Shown: positions 30,921-43,642, counted from the stretch's first letter. The stretch is DNA of 64,000 nucleotides from an uncultured Planctomycetota bacterium (GCA_963752285.1 CAVVXN010000005.1:1-64000), one strand, 5' to 3'. The notes: generated from the letters alone by a model not told the origin. Numbers and translations: made by a program.

Positions 30921-31246
30921 GTGGTCATCGTGGCCTCCAAGACGGCATGCCACCGATGGTTGGATGCCGGACGCGGGGCGAGGGGGTGCGGGTTCCCGGA
31001 CCGGACCGGCGGAGGGGGCCACGAGCCGGACGGTGCGCCGTGCCTGGGCGCCCGTGGCCATGGGAGCCGAGCCGCGTCCGCGGCGCCACGTCCTGGTCCG
31101 CCCGGCTCGTCGAGGCCCTCGGACCTCCGACCGGACCCTGGGGCGGGACGAGCGCGGCGCGGGGCCACGATTTCCGGACAGAGCCGGACCCCCGGGCGCG
31201 CTTCGGCATCCGAGTCGATGGAGATCTCAGCGGGCGCGAACAGCCC
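30921..31246. repeat. Copy 2 of the ~325-bp diverged direct repeat
   Basis: Matches 24574-24897. The minus-strand start reads ATG ACC ACG TGA, and the plus-strand ATG is lost. Confidence 0.9.
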
Positions 31247-31308
31247 GACCCGCACGAGGGGTCGTCGGGCCTGCTCGCAGCGAGATCCAGAACCTCGTGC
31301 CTCGGTCG

Positions 31309-31624
31309 TCAATCCGGCCGCGGGTTGCGCTTCCCTGCGTTCCGGGCCTGGCTCGCGATTCGCTCCAGGCGGGCCACGTGCGCGAGGAAGGCGTGCCGCC
31401 CCGCGGCGGTGAGGCGGTACGTCGTCCGGGGCTTCCGCTGGACGAACCGCTTGTCCACCGCGACGTAGCCGGCCGCCTCGAGTCGCGCCAGGTGCGTGCC
31501 GAGGTTCCCTTGCGTCACGCCGAGCAGGGCCTTCAGGTCGGTGAACGCCGCCTCGCGGCGCGTCATCAGCACGGCGACGACGCCGAGGCGCGCCTGAGAG
31601 AGCAGAACCGGGTCGAAGGGCTCG

Positions 31625-31638
<14 letters not shown>
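31309..31638 (-). CDS. Winged-helix transcriptional regulator (HTH_34 / MarR-like)
   Basis: DPVLLSQARLGVVAVL..AFTDLKALLGVTQGNLGTHLARLEAAGYV..KPRTTYRLTAAGRHAF. Confidence 0.9.
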
Positions 31639-34684
<3,046 letters not shown>

Positions 34685-34737
34685 CGGACCACCTCGCCAC
34701 GGGATTGCGAGGTCGTACGGATGGATCCCCAGAGGGG

Positions 34738-35430
34738 TCAGGTCCGGAACAAGATGTCGTAGCCGATGGCGAAGACCGCGGCGTCCGCGAAGACGTGGCT
34801 CACGTAGGGGGCCCAGACGTTGCGGCTCGCCGTGTAGAGCCATGACCACGCGCACGCCGCCACGAACACGCCTCCGCACGCGGTCCACGTGAGCCCCGGC
34901 CCCACGAAGGCCGAGAGCGCGACGTAGTGGTGCACCGTGAAGAGGAGCGCCGCGAAGAGGACGCCGCGCGGGCCCCCGAGGAGGGTCACGGCGTGACGCG
35001 TAACGAACCAGCGCCAGACGTACTCCTCGTAGAGGGAGTTGAGCAGCGTCCAGTAGACGGCGAGCGCGAGGTACCGCGCCGGCGAGTCGAGGCCCGCGCT
35101 TCGGACGACGGGTCCGACGGACCGGAGGAGATCCGCGCGATCCGGGAGGAGCGTGTAGTAGCCGAGGATGGCCACCGCCATCGCCGCACCGCTCGCGAGG
35201 GCGAGGGCCATGCCGTCGCTGACGGGGCGGGGCCAGCCGAGACGCCTCCGCTCGACCCGGGACGAGAAGAGGGCGGGCACGGCGAGCACCCAGACCTTGG
35301 CGAGCAGGAACACCACGCGCCCGACGGGGCCGGGCGCGCCGACCAAGCCGAACCAGGTCGCGAGGCCCGGGATCGGGACGACGAGCAGAAGGGCGAGCGC
35401 CGCGCGTCTGCGGAGCCGGGGGGGCGACAC
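34738..35430 (-). CDS. CPBP (Abi/CAAX) intramembrane metalloprotease; start uncertain
   Basis: EEYVWR, FTVHH, SHVFAD; multiple TMs. Confidence 0.85.
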   Translation of the reverse strand: MSPPRLRRRAALALLLVVPIPGLATWFGLVGAPGPVGRVVFLLAKVWVLAVPALFSSRVERRRLGWPRPVSDGMALALASGAAMAVAILGYYTLLPDRADLLRSVGPVVRSAGLDSPARYLALAVYWTLLNSLYEEYVWRWFVTRHAVTLLGGPRGVLFAALLFTVHHYVALSAFVGPGLTWTACGGVFVAACAWSWLYTASRNVWAPYVSHVFADAAVFAIGYDILFRT

Positions 35431-35674
35431 AAGCGCGTGTGGCGGGATCTCGTCCTTCCTCGCGTCGAGCGCCTCCGGGCCGCGGCGCGCGTGCCGGCCG
35501 ACGTTTGCCTCCTCGGGACTCCCCGCCCCGGCCCGGGCCGCCCGTCTTCGATGTGCGCTCACACGGCGGATGATAGTCTCGCACGACGTGGAGGGCATCA
35601 CGTGGCTCGGAGTGCGCCCGTCCCGGGCCACGCTCTCGCCGTCCGTCGTCGCGTCCGTGCCCGCGTCGTCCGTC

Positions 35675-36352
35675 TCAACGCGAAGCCGTCAGCGTCTTCT
35701 CGATCTCCTGGAACGCCGCGTTCGCGTTGCTCCGCTCCGTGTCCGGTGTCTCGAAGAGGAGGGACACGACGTGATTCCCGAGAGGGAACGTGTAGATCTC
35801 GGACGTGAAGGAGCGGCGGATCGTCTTGCCGTGGATCTGGTAGCGCATCACCGTCCCCTTCCGGGCGGCGCCGGCAATCTCATGCTCCGCCGGCGCCACG
35901 GCCACGTCGGCGGGTGTAACCCCCGTCGACTCGAGCCTCGCGCGGATGTCGGCGACGACCTTCGATTGGAGGGCCGCGGGGTCGTCCTCGCCAGAGAGGA
36001 CCTGGATCAGCGCCACGAACTGGAGAGGTGACTTCAGCTTGAGGAGGACCCCGGACGCGCGCACCGTCCGCTCGACGCTCAGGTCGTTGGGGTACGAGAA
36101 CGCCACGCCGTCCCCGTGGTAGTGGCCCTCCTGGCGGCGGAGGACGGCGGGGAGCTTCGTTCCGTCGGGCGTGGTGATCTCGAATGCCTCGTCGAGGTCG
36201 ATGGCGTAGACGGCGTCCCCGACCCGGAGCTCGAACGCCCTGCTCTGTGCGGGCGCCGCGGCGCCCGCGGGTTCCCCGCCCGCGGCGACGTCGAGGAGGA
36301 ACATCCCCGTGGCGGCGACGACGAGCGGAACGAGGAAAACGATGGCCTTCAT
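35675..36352 (-). CDS. Hypothetical secreted protein
   Basis: GAGGAGG RBS; signal peptide MKAIVFLVPLVVAA..; GVAFSYP motif (PsbP/DcrB-like fold possible). Confidence 0.75.
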   Translation of the reverse strand: MKAIVFLVPLVVAATGMFLLDVAAGGEPAGAAAPAQSRAFELRVGDAVYAIDLDEAFEITTPDGTKLPAVLRRQEGHYHGDGVAFSYPNDLSVERTVRASGVLLKLKSPLQFVALIQVLSGEDDPAALQSKVVADIRARLESTGVTPADVAVAPAEHEIAGAARKGTVMRYQIHGKTIRRSFTSEIYTFPLGNHVVSLLFETPDTERSNANAAFQEIEKTLTASR

Positions 36353-36799
36353 GGGAAACCTCCTCTCGGCACGAGCGCGTACCGCACGCAGGGTAGGGGC
36401 CGGACGTGGGCAAGGCCCGTAGCCCGCTCCCGACCGACGCTCGAACGGGCGGCGCGCGGTCCACCGGTGTGCCCCCAGGGATGCGCGACGGAGGGTGGGA
36501 AGGCCTCCGTCATGTACGCGTTCCCGCAGCCCGACGTGGCAGAGGTCGTGCCGTTCAGCGCCGTGCGGAGGCGTCGGTCGCCGCGCGACGTCGAGGAGGT
36601 CGGCGTCGTGACGGGCCCGGCAAGCGCGTGGCCTCGTCCGCGCCGGCCCGCCGCGCACCCCTCGGCCCGCGCGCGCGTGGGGTAGCATGTGGGCTCGTCC
36701 GGCGGACGCTCGCCGTTGGGGTGTTGGCCGTCCGGCGTGTCGCCCATTCGGCGGTGGCCTCGAGAGGGCGACGCCGATGCCGGGGGAAGAGGAGATCGC

Positions 36800-37216
36800 A
36801 TGCGGAAGATCGACATCGACGCGATCGTGATCGCGTCCCCGTGCGCGGTCCCCTGGGACTCCATGACGGGTGACGAGGTCCGGCGGTACTGCGGCCAGTG
36901 TCGGCTGAACGTCTACGACCTCTCCCAGATGACGCGCGCCCAGATCCAGACGCTGTACGTGGAGACGGGCGGGAGCTTCTGCAAGCGAGTCTGGCGGCGG
37001 CCGGATGGACGGGTCATCACCAAGGACTGCCGCCGCGTCGTGAGCGCGATGCGCCGCCGGCTCCGGGCGATCGGCGCGGCGGCCGCGGGTCTGCTCGCGT
37101 TCGCCGGCCTCGTCGGCTGTGGGGCCGAGCCCGCCCCGAAGGGGTCGAACGGAAGCGAGGCGAACCATGCCGCGCCCACCACCACGCCGGACGCCACGGT
37201 GGCGACCGGCCGTTAA
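36800..37216 (+). CDS. Cys-rich domain protein (PCxxxWxxM..RxCxxC) with C-terminal membrane anchor
   Basis: GAGGAG RBS; IASPCAVPWDSMTGDEVRRYCGQCRLNVYDLSQMT..FCKRVWRRPDGRVITKDC. Confidence 0.85.
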   Translation: MRKIDIDAIVIASPCAVPWDSMTGDEVRRYCGQCRLNVYDLSQMTRAQIQTLYVETGGSFCKRVWRRPDGRVITKDCRRVVSAMRRRLRAIGAAAAGLLAFAGLVGCGAEPAPKGSNGSEANHAAPTTTPDATVATGR

Positions 37217-37219
37217 CGC

Positions 37220-37612
37220 ATCCACTCCCGACCCGAATTTTCGGGATTCGCGATCGTCCCGCCGGGCGCGGGTTCCCCGGCGCCCAACCCCATCGAGGAT
37301 TCGCGCCTCCCGGGATCGTTCCTTCCGCAGGGGCACGAGACCGGCCTCGCTACGACGTCCCCGGGCCACGCTCCAGCGGGGAACGCGCTTGATCGAAGGC
37401 GCCTTGGCCGTCGGCCCTGCACCTTCGACCGATGCCGAGCTCGCGGAGGCGCTGGGTCTGGCGAGATTCCGCGGGGGACAGCCTCGGGTCGGGGGCCTGC
37501 GTGGGCCCTCGGCGCGAAGGCGAGCGAGTGGGAGTCGTCGTCCCGAGCGACCGGCCGCTCGAATCCCGAAAACGCGGGTCGGGAGTGGATCCTTCGGGTC
37601 GGGAGTGGATCC
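37220..37612. mobile_element. REP/MITE-like element with 31-bp terminal inverted repeats; possible RAYT remnant
   Basis: 37220-37250 and 37560-37590 are inverted (29/31). There is an extra 18-bp end copy at 37593-37610. Confidence 0.65.
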
Positions 37613-37648
37613 TTGCCCTGCTCCGCCGGCCGGGGTTCACTCGCGATC

Positions 37649-40600
37649 TTGGAAGGGACGCGGGTCGGCCCGTACCGGATTCTCGGCACCCTCGGGGAAG
37701 GGGCGACGGCGACGGTCTGGCTCGCGGAGGCGCTGCGCGCGGTCCACGACCTCCAGCCCGGCGACCAGGTCGCGCTCAAGATCCTCCGGGAGCACCTCGC
37801 GGTCGGCTCGGGCGTGCAGAGCCGGTTCCTCCGCGAGGCGGCGAGCGGGCGTCGCGTGCTCCATCCCAACGTGGTCCGCGTGTTCGACGCGGGCGTGGAC
37901 CGCACGCAGGCGGTGCCCCGCTACTACCTCGCCATGCCGGTGGTCAAGGGACAGACGTTGCGTCGGCTCCTCGACGAGAGCGGCCCGCAGCCGGAGCCCC
38001 TCTGCCGCCACGTCGGTCGCGAGATCGCGCTCGCCCTTGCGGCCGTCCACGCCGCGGGCCTCGTGCACCGGGACGTGAAGCCGGCCAACGTGGCGCTCAC
38101 GCCCGAGGGAAAGATCCGGGTCATGGACCTCGGCGTCGCGAGTCTGCGCGACGGTTCGACACGCATGACGCAGGCCGGCGACTTCCTCGGCTCCGTCCTC
38201 TACGCGGCCCCGGAGCAGTTCGAGGACGGGGGCCAGGAGATCGACGGCCGCGCGGACCTCTACGCCCTGGGGTGGATCCTCTACGAGCTCCTCCTGGGCT
38301 CGCATCCCTTCTCGTCCGCGACGCTCCCGGAGGCGCTCGCCCTGCAGATCCGAACGAGCCCGAAGCGGCTCTCCGAGGTCGTCGATCGCGTCTCGCCGTT
38401 CTACGACGAGCTCGTCGCGACGCTCCTCGCGAAGGACCCCGACACGCGAGTCCCGACCGCCCGCGAGGTGGCGAGCCTGCTGGAGGAAGGGGAGGGCTCC
38501 GCGTGGTGGTCGCGCCTCCGGAGCGACGTCGGAAACCGAGGGCGGCGGCGCGCCGGGACGGGCGGCGGCGCGCGGACGGGGCTCTACGGCCGCGACGACG
38601 CGATGGAGGGTCTGACCCGCGCCTGGGATCGGGCGCGAGATGGCGAGGGAGGCGCCGTCCTCGTCGTGGGGGAGGCGGGGGTGGGGAAGACCCGCCTCGT
38701 CGAGGCGTTCCTCGACGCCGCGGAGCCGAGCGGGCCGGAGGCTCACGTGCTCACCGGCACGTACCTGCCCGGCGGTTCGTTCGACGGCCCCGGAGGCGCG
38801 TCCGGGGCGCTGGCTTCCGCGCTGGGTCCGGGCTCGCTCGAGGAGGCGCTGCGCCGGCACCTGGGGGACGCGCCGGGGCTCGTCCGCGCGTTCGCGGCGC
38901 TGCTTTGCGGCGAGCCCGCACCGGAGGGGATCCCGGCCCTCGACGACGTGTCGATCCGCGTCGCGTACCTCCGGGTCCTCCGGGGCATGTCCAGGGAGCG
39001 TCCGACGGTCCTCGTGCTCGAAGACGTGCACCTCGCGCCGCCCGAGAGCCGGGATCTCCTCGCGTTCCTGGCGGCGCACGCGCGGGGCCTTCCCTTCCTC
39101 CTCGTCGCCACGTGCCGCGACGAGGACGTGGAGGCGTGGGTCTCTACGATCGCGTCGCTCCCGGGCGCAGGGACCCTGAAGCTCGGCCGGTTGGGCGCCC
39201 GCGAGGTCCACGACCTCCTGGTGGAACGGCTGAGGAGCACGCGGACGGCGCGGGCCGTGGGGCCGCGGCTCGCCGAGGTCTCGGACGGGAATCCCTACTT
39301 CCTGCTCGAGCTCGTGCGCGGCCTCGAGAGCGAGGGGTTCCTCCGGCGCGAACCCGACGGCCAGGTCGTGCTCGTCAAGGACCTCGAGGGCATCCGGGTC
39401 CCCGACGCGGTGCGGGCGCAGGTCGAGAACCGCGTCCACGACCTGTCCGAGGACGACCGTGCCCTGCTCGACGCCGCGTCCGTCATGGGCCACGAGTTCC
39501 TGCCGCACGTCGTCGCGGAGATGGTGGACCGGACGCCGCTCGACGTCCTTCGGCGGCTCGCGCGTCTCGAGGACGACGGCTGGGTGCGCGCGTCGGGCGC
39601 GCGCGTGCGATTCGACCACCAGCTCGTGCGCGAGACCCTCTACGACCTGCTGCCCGAGCTCCTGCGCGCGGAGTACCACGCGCTGCTCGGCCGGCGGGCG
39701 CAACGCGAGGCGGGGGCGTCGGTGCAGGAGTCGGACCGGCACCGGTGGGCGGCCGAGGCCTGCCGCCACTTCCTGCGGGGCGGGCGGGGACGCGCGGCCC
39801 TGCGACATCTCGACGCGGCCCTCGCCCACCTGGAGGCCCAGGCGCTGCACGCGGGGACGGCGCACCTGCTCGATCAGGTGCTCACCGTGAAGGACCTCGT
39901 CCAGGGCGAGGACCGCGTGGACCTCCTCCTCCGTCGCGCACGGGTCCTCGACACGCTCGGCCGCGGCGCCGACCGTGCGCGGGACGTAGCCGAGGCGCGG
40001 CGCCTCTCCGAGGAGATCGGAGACCCGCGCCGGAGCGCGCGCGTCGCGCTCGAAGAGGGTCGGGACGTGTTGCAGCGGGGCGAGGCGGACGCGGCGCTCC
40101 CGATCCTCGACCGCGCGCTCGCCTTCGCCAAGACGTCGTTCGCCGCCGACCTCGAAGCCGAGGCTCGGCTCCTCCGCGGCCGGGCGCACGAGATCCGCGG
40201 TCGGCTCGACGCGTGGCGGCTCGAGGCCGAGGCGGCCCTCGCGATCGCGCACGAGCGACAGGACCCGGCCCTCGAGGCGCGGGCCCGCGGCGCGCTCGCC
40301 CAGCAGCTCTGGTTCTCGGGCGACACCGACCGCGCGCTCGCGGAGTTCGAGCAAAGCCTCGAGCTGATGCGGCACCACGGGGGTCCGCTCGAGGAGGCCA
40401 CGGCGCGCGGCAACCTGGCCCTCGCCCTGGAGAGCCTCGGTCGGAACGAGGAGGCCCGCGAACACCTCGTGCGCGTCCTGGCCTCGTGCCGCGAGCTCGG
40501 CTACCGGCGCGGCGAGGCCCACGCGCTCGGAAACCTCGGGATCGTGGAGAGCCAGCTCGGTCACGCGCGCGAGGCCGTGCGTCGTCTCGAGGAGGACCTC

Positions 40601-41281
40601 GAGATCGAGCGGGAGTGCGGCGAAGAGGGCGACCAGGTGATCGCCCTGCTCGGCCTCGGGCGCGAATGGTGTCAGGTCGGCCGTCACGACACCGCGCGCG
40701 TGTACGTTGAGGCGGCGCTCGCCTCGGCCTCGGAGATGGGCTACCGCCTGGGGATGGGGATCGCGCAGTTCCTGCTCGGCGAGATCGCCGGGGAGGAGGG
40801 GCGCCCCGAGGAGAAGCTCCGTCGGCTGGGCGACGCCCGGGAGCACTTCGAAGCGGTCGGGGCGAGACGGTTCGTGGCCTCCGTCCGCCAGGAGCGCGCT
40901 CGATTCTCGGACGACCTGGTGGACCCGGCGGAGAAGATCGAGACGTGGACCGCGCACTGGTCTGCCGACGCCCCGGACACGGACCCGGGGAACCGCGTCG
41001 AGGCGGGTGCCGAGCTCGCCCGGCGGGGCCTGGCCGACGCGACCACGGTGCGCGCGGCGTACCGCGAGGCCGAGGCGCGGCTGAGCGTGGTCGAGCGCAT
41101 CCGGGCTCTCCTGGGCCTCTGGGAGATGGACCGGGACGCCGCCTCCCTCGAGGCGGCCGGCGCGTTGCTCGCCTCGCTCCGCGCCCACGCGCCCCCCGAG
41201 GCGGTCGAGGTCTTCACGACGGGCGTGCGGCTCCATCGCCGCGTGCTCGAGGCCTTGGAGGACCTGGCACGCAGCGCGTGA
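37649..41281 (+). CDS. Ser/Thr protein kinase - AAA ATPase (AAA_16/STAND-like) - TPR protein
   Basis: GEGATATV, VALK, HRDVKPAN, DLG, YAAPEQ; Walker A GEAGVGKT, Walker B VLVLEDVH, DGNPYFLLEL; ALGNLG-type TPRs. Confidence 0.92.
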   Translation: MEGTRVGPYRILGTLGEGATATVWLAEALRAVHDLQPGDQVALKILREHLAVGSGVQSRFLREAASGRRVLHPNVVRVFDAGVDRTQAVPRYYLAMPVVKGQTLRRLLDESGPQPEPLCRHVGREIALALAAVHAAGLVHRDVKPANVALTPEGKIRVMDLGVASLRDGSTRMTQAGDFLGSVLYAAPEQFEDGGQEIDGRADLYALGWILYELLLGSHPFSSATLPEALALQIRTSPKRLSEVVDRVSPFYDELVATLLAKDPDTRVPTAREVASLLEEGEGSAWWSRLRSDVGNRGRRRAGTGGGARTGLYGRDDAMEGLTRAWDRARDGEGGAVLVVGEAGVGKTRLVEAFLDAAEPSGPEAHVLTGTYLPGGSFDGPGGASGALASALGPGSLEEALRRHLGDAPGLVRAFAALLCGEPAPEGIPALDDVSIRVAYLRVLRGMSRERPTVLVLEDVHLAPPESRDLLAFLAAHARGLPFLLVATCRDEDVEAWVSTIASLPGAGTLKLGRLGAREVHDLLVERLRSTRTARAVGPRLAEVSDGNPYFLLELVRGLESEGFLRREPDGQVVLVKDLEGIRVPDAVRAQVENRVHDLSEDDRALLDAASVMGHEFLPHVVAEMVDRTPLDVLRRLARLEDDGWVRASGARVRFDHQLVRETLYDLLPELLRAEYHALLGRRAQREAGASVQESDRHRWAAEACRHFLRGGRGRAALRHLDAALAHLEAQALHAGTAHLLDQVLTVKDLVQGEDRVDLLLRRARVLDTLGRGADRARDVAEARRLSEEIGDPRRSARVALEEGRDVLQRGEADAALPILDRALAFAKTSFAADLEAEARLLRGRAHEIRGRLDAWRLEAEAALAIAHERQDPALEARARGALAQQLWFSGDTDRALAEFEQSLELMRHHGGPLEEATARGNLALALESLGRNEEAREHLVRVLASCRELGYRRGEAHALGNLGIVESQLGHAREAVRRLEEDLEIERECGEEGDQVIALLGLGREWCQVGRHDTARVYVEAALASASEMGYRLGMGIAQFLLGEIAGEEGRPEEKLRRLGDAREHFEAVGARRFVASVRQERARFSDDLVDPAEKIETWTAHWSADAPDTDPGNRVEAGAELARRGLADATTVRAAYREAEARLSVVERIRALLGLWEMDRDAASLEAAGALLASLRAHAPPEAVEVFTTGVRLHRRVLEALEDLARSA

Positions 41282-41348
41282 ACACGACTCGTGGCTCCCC
41301 GGTGCGCGATCCGTTCCGTCCGTTCGGGAGCCTGTGTGGAGGAGTGGG

Positions 41349-41780
41349 ATGACAGCGAAACGAAAGCGAGTCAAGTCGAGAAGGCGCGACGCCTCCGCTC
41401 CCGTGCGGAAGAAGGGGGGAGGGGGTTCGAAGACGTTCACCCTGATCCCGGTCAGCCTCCCCCCCGTCGGGCACTTCGGTCGATTCACGATCATGAACAC
41501 GACCAGCTTCGGCGTCATCTCGGGGGAGGTGAGGGTGAACGCCACCCCGTACCCCGTGAACGGAGTCCCGGCGTTGACCACCGTCCTGGTCCCCCAGGAG
41601 GACGTCCCGGGGACCCCGAACGCGCTGCAGGTCTCGTACACCCTGAACATCCCGGGATTCCCAGCGTTGGCCGACAGCATCGATGCGCCGGATGGAACGC
41701 ACATCGACGAGGTCGAGCTGACGATCGTCATGGACAAGGGAGTCCCCGTGGTGCACAGCCGGCTCGGCTGCCACACGTAG
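41349..41780 (+). CDS. Hypothetical protein (basic N-terminus, beta-rich domain)
   Basis: GGAGGAG RBS; coding-like codon use; 67 bp downstream of the kinase gene. Confidence 0.7.
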   Translation: MTAKRKRVKSRRRDASAPVRKKGGGGSKTFTLIPVSLPPVGHFGRFTIMNTTSFGVISGEVRVNATPYPVNGVPALTTVLVPQEDVPGTPNALQVSYTLNIPGFPALADSIDAPDGTHIDEVELTIVMDKGVPVVHSRLGCHT

Positions 41781-41924
41781 TCGGCGCGCCCGACGTGCGG
41801 TGCTCGCCCCCGGTCGCCTGGACTCGGGGGCGGGCCCCTCCGCGCGCGAGCGCGGCGCCGCCACGAGGACCCCCGGAGTCGGGCTTCGGCTGACCCCTCC
41901 GCGTCCGACGGCGGCGTTCCGCCG

Positions 41925-41957
41925 CGAATACCGAAAACGCGGGTCGGGAGTGAATCC
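41925..41957. repeat. Further copy of the REP-like repeat
   Basis: CGAATACCGAAAACGCGGGTCGGGAGTGAATCC, 31/33 identical to 37560-37592. Confidence 0.85.
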
Positions 41958-41966
41958 GCCGCGCCC

Positions 41967-43571
41967 TCACCAGCGGGCGGTGAAGACGCGATGGTCGCCC
42001 GTGAAGCGGAAGAGCGGGTTCCCGGTGCGCTCGTAGAAGCGCGCGAGCTCCCGCGATTCCGCCATCGGGGTCACCGTGAGCCCGTTCACGTTCCAGTTGT
42101 CCCCTCCCATACCGCCCCGGAAGGTCGTCGTCAGCATGAGACCGACGATCTCGGAGCGCGGGACCGGGCGCGGGAACCTGAGCTCGACCGTGTGATCCGT
42201 GTTGTCCGCCCATCGCTGACGAGTGTTCACCGCGGGGAAGGTCTGCCGGCTGCCGTCTCGAAACAGCACGGCGACGTCCACGTTGTCGTTGTTCCCGCGG
42301 AGGTCGTCCCCTCCGGTCCGGATCGCGACCTTCAGGTGCGTGGCCAGATCCGCGCCCCCGGGCGCCGGTGTCGGCGACGCCGCCCGCGGCGGGGTCAGCA
42401 CGAGCCGGCGGTGGTCCCCGGTGAACCGGAAGAACGTGCGGTGGTCCACGAGCATGCGACGAACCCCGCCGTCGTAGTAGCTGACGGCGATCCGCTTCGT
42501 GTCCCAGTTGTCTCCCCCGACCCCGCCGCCGAAGGTCGTCTCCAGCGTCAGCGAGGCGATCGTGTCCTTGTGCACCCGGCGAGGGAGGACCACGCGCGCG
42601 AACTCGGTGTAGCCCCCGAGCCAGCGCGCGCCGACGTTGATGTTCGGCAGCGCCATTCGGTTCCCGTCGGTCAGCGTGACCGCGAGACCGACGTTGTCGT
42701 TCCCGCCGCGCAGGTCGTCGTCGCCGGTATCGACCTGCACGACGAGCTCGTCGATCCACCCCCCGCCGAGCGAGGGCAGCGGGCGAATGGTGGGAGGCTC
42801 CGCGGGGACGTACTTGCGGTCCACGAAGTACGTGCGCCACCGCTTCACCCACTGTCCGTCGTGCCGGAGCGCTGGATCCGGGCCGCGGTAGTAGAACGAG
42901 CTCGTCGCCGGATCCGGCACGAGCGTCATCGTGGCGTTCGGCTGGTTCGGGTCGTACACGAAGATCCGCAGGTCCTCCACGTGGGCGCCCAGGTCGCCGC
43001 CATACCGGCCCATGTCGTAGCCGATCGCCAGGACCTGGTGGTTTCCCGGGAGCTTCACGTCGCCGACGCTGCCGCCGAACTCCTGCAGGCCGAGCGGTAC
43101 GGGCCGACCGCTGTCGATCGCGGCCCGGAGCTCCTGCAGGCGGCCGCCGCGCGTGCCCTGAACGCCCCAGCGGAAGAACTCTGCGTTCCGTGCGCCGCCC
43201 GGGTTCAGCCCGACCTCGCCCCACTTGTCGAGGTTCTGCGTGATGGACGTGGCCTGCCGCCGGTAGATGTAACTCTCCAGCACGGTCCCGTTGGCGGGTC
43301 GGTAGTCCTGGCGCGGGATCGGCCGGCCGCGGTTGAAGCAGTCGAGCGCTGCATAGACCATGCCGCCGCAGAGCCCACCGGTGCGGATGTCGAGGTTCGG
43401 CACGAGCTCGTTCTTGAACTCGTTCCGGAACGCGAAGCCGTGCGCCGCGGGGTCGAAACGCGTGCGCACGGGATCGGCGTGCACCTCCGCGACCGTCGGT
43501 CCGAGCAGCAGCCCCGCCAGGAGGCCGAGGCGAAGCGCGCGCGCCCAGGGTGTCCGCCGAATGGTTCTCAC
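41967..43571 (-). CDS. Secreted papain-like cysteine-peptidase-fold protein with two C-terminal 'TGxDDLRG' modules
   Basis: GGAGGAG RBS and signal peptide (..EVHA|D). GLCGGM (Cys ~43369), NHQVLAIGY (His ~43039), VYDPN (Asp ~42952). Two internally repeated ~120-aa modules. Confidence 0.75.
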   Translation of the reverse strand: MRTIRRTPWARALRLGLLAGLLLGPTVAEVHADPVRTRFDPAAHGFAFRNEFKNELVPNLDIRTGGLCGGMVYAALDCFNRGRPIPRQDYRPANGTVLESYIYRRQATSITQNLDKWGEVGLNPGGARNAEFFRWGVQGTRGGRLQELRAAIDSGRPVPLGLQEFGGSVGDVKLPGNHQVLAIGYDMGRYGGDLGAHVEDLRIFVYDPNQPNATMTLVPDPATSSFYYRGPDPALRHDGQWVKRWRTYFVDRKYVPAEPPTIRPLPSLGGGWIDELVVQVDTGDDDLRGGNDNVGLAVTLTDGNRMALPNINVGARWLGGYTEFARVVLPRRVHKDTIASLTLETTFGGGVGGDNWDTKRIAVSYYDGGVRRMLVDHRTFFRFTGDHRRLVLTPPRAASPTPAPGGADLATHLKVAIRTGGDDLRGNNDNVDVAVLFRDGSRQTFPAVNTRQRWADNTDHTVELRFPRPVPRSEIVGLMLTTTFRGGMGGDNWNVNGLTVTPMAESRELARFYERTGNPLFRFTGDHRVFTARW

Positions 43572-43611
43572 GTCGATCTCCTCCGCGCGCGACCCCCGGC
43601 CGCGGCACGGT

Positions 43612-43642
43612 CGATGAACTGCACGCGCGACCGCGGCGCGAC
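43612..43642 (-). promoter_or_regulatory. Putative ECF promoter motif, copy 1
   Basis: GTCGCGCCGCGGTCGCGCGTG-CAGTTCATCG, 40 nt upstream of GTG 43571. Confidence 0.5.

Noticed and set aside
36512..36685. Small ORF MYAFPQPDVAEVV..
   Set aside because: Weak RBS, low-complexity Arg/Pro-rich second half, no recognisable homology.
37637..41776. 1379-aa antisense ORF and many similar long overlapping ORFs
   Set aside because: Shadow ORFs expected from stop-codon scarcity at this GC content; they show no motifs and lie opposite well-supported genes.
37220..41957. 31-33-bp repeats as a CRISPR array
   Set aside because: Only a few copies, mixed orientation, irregular spacing, and no cas genes.
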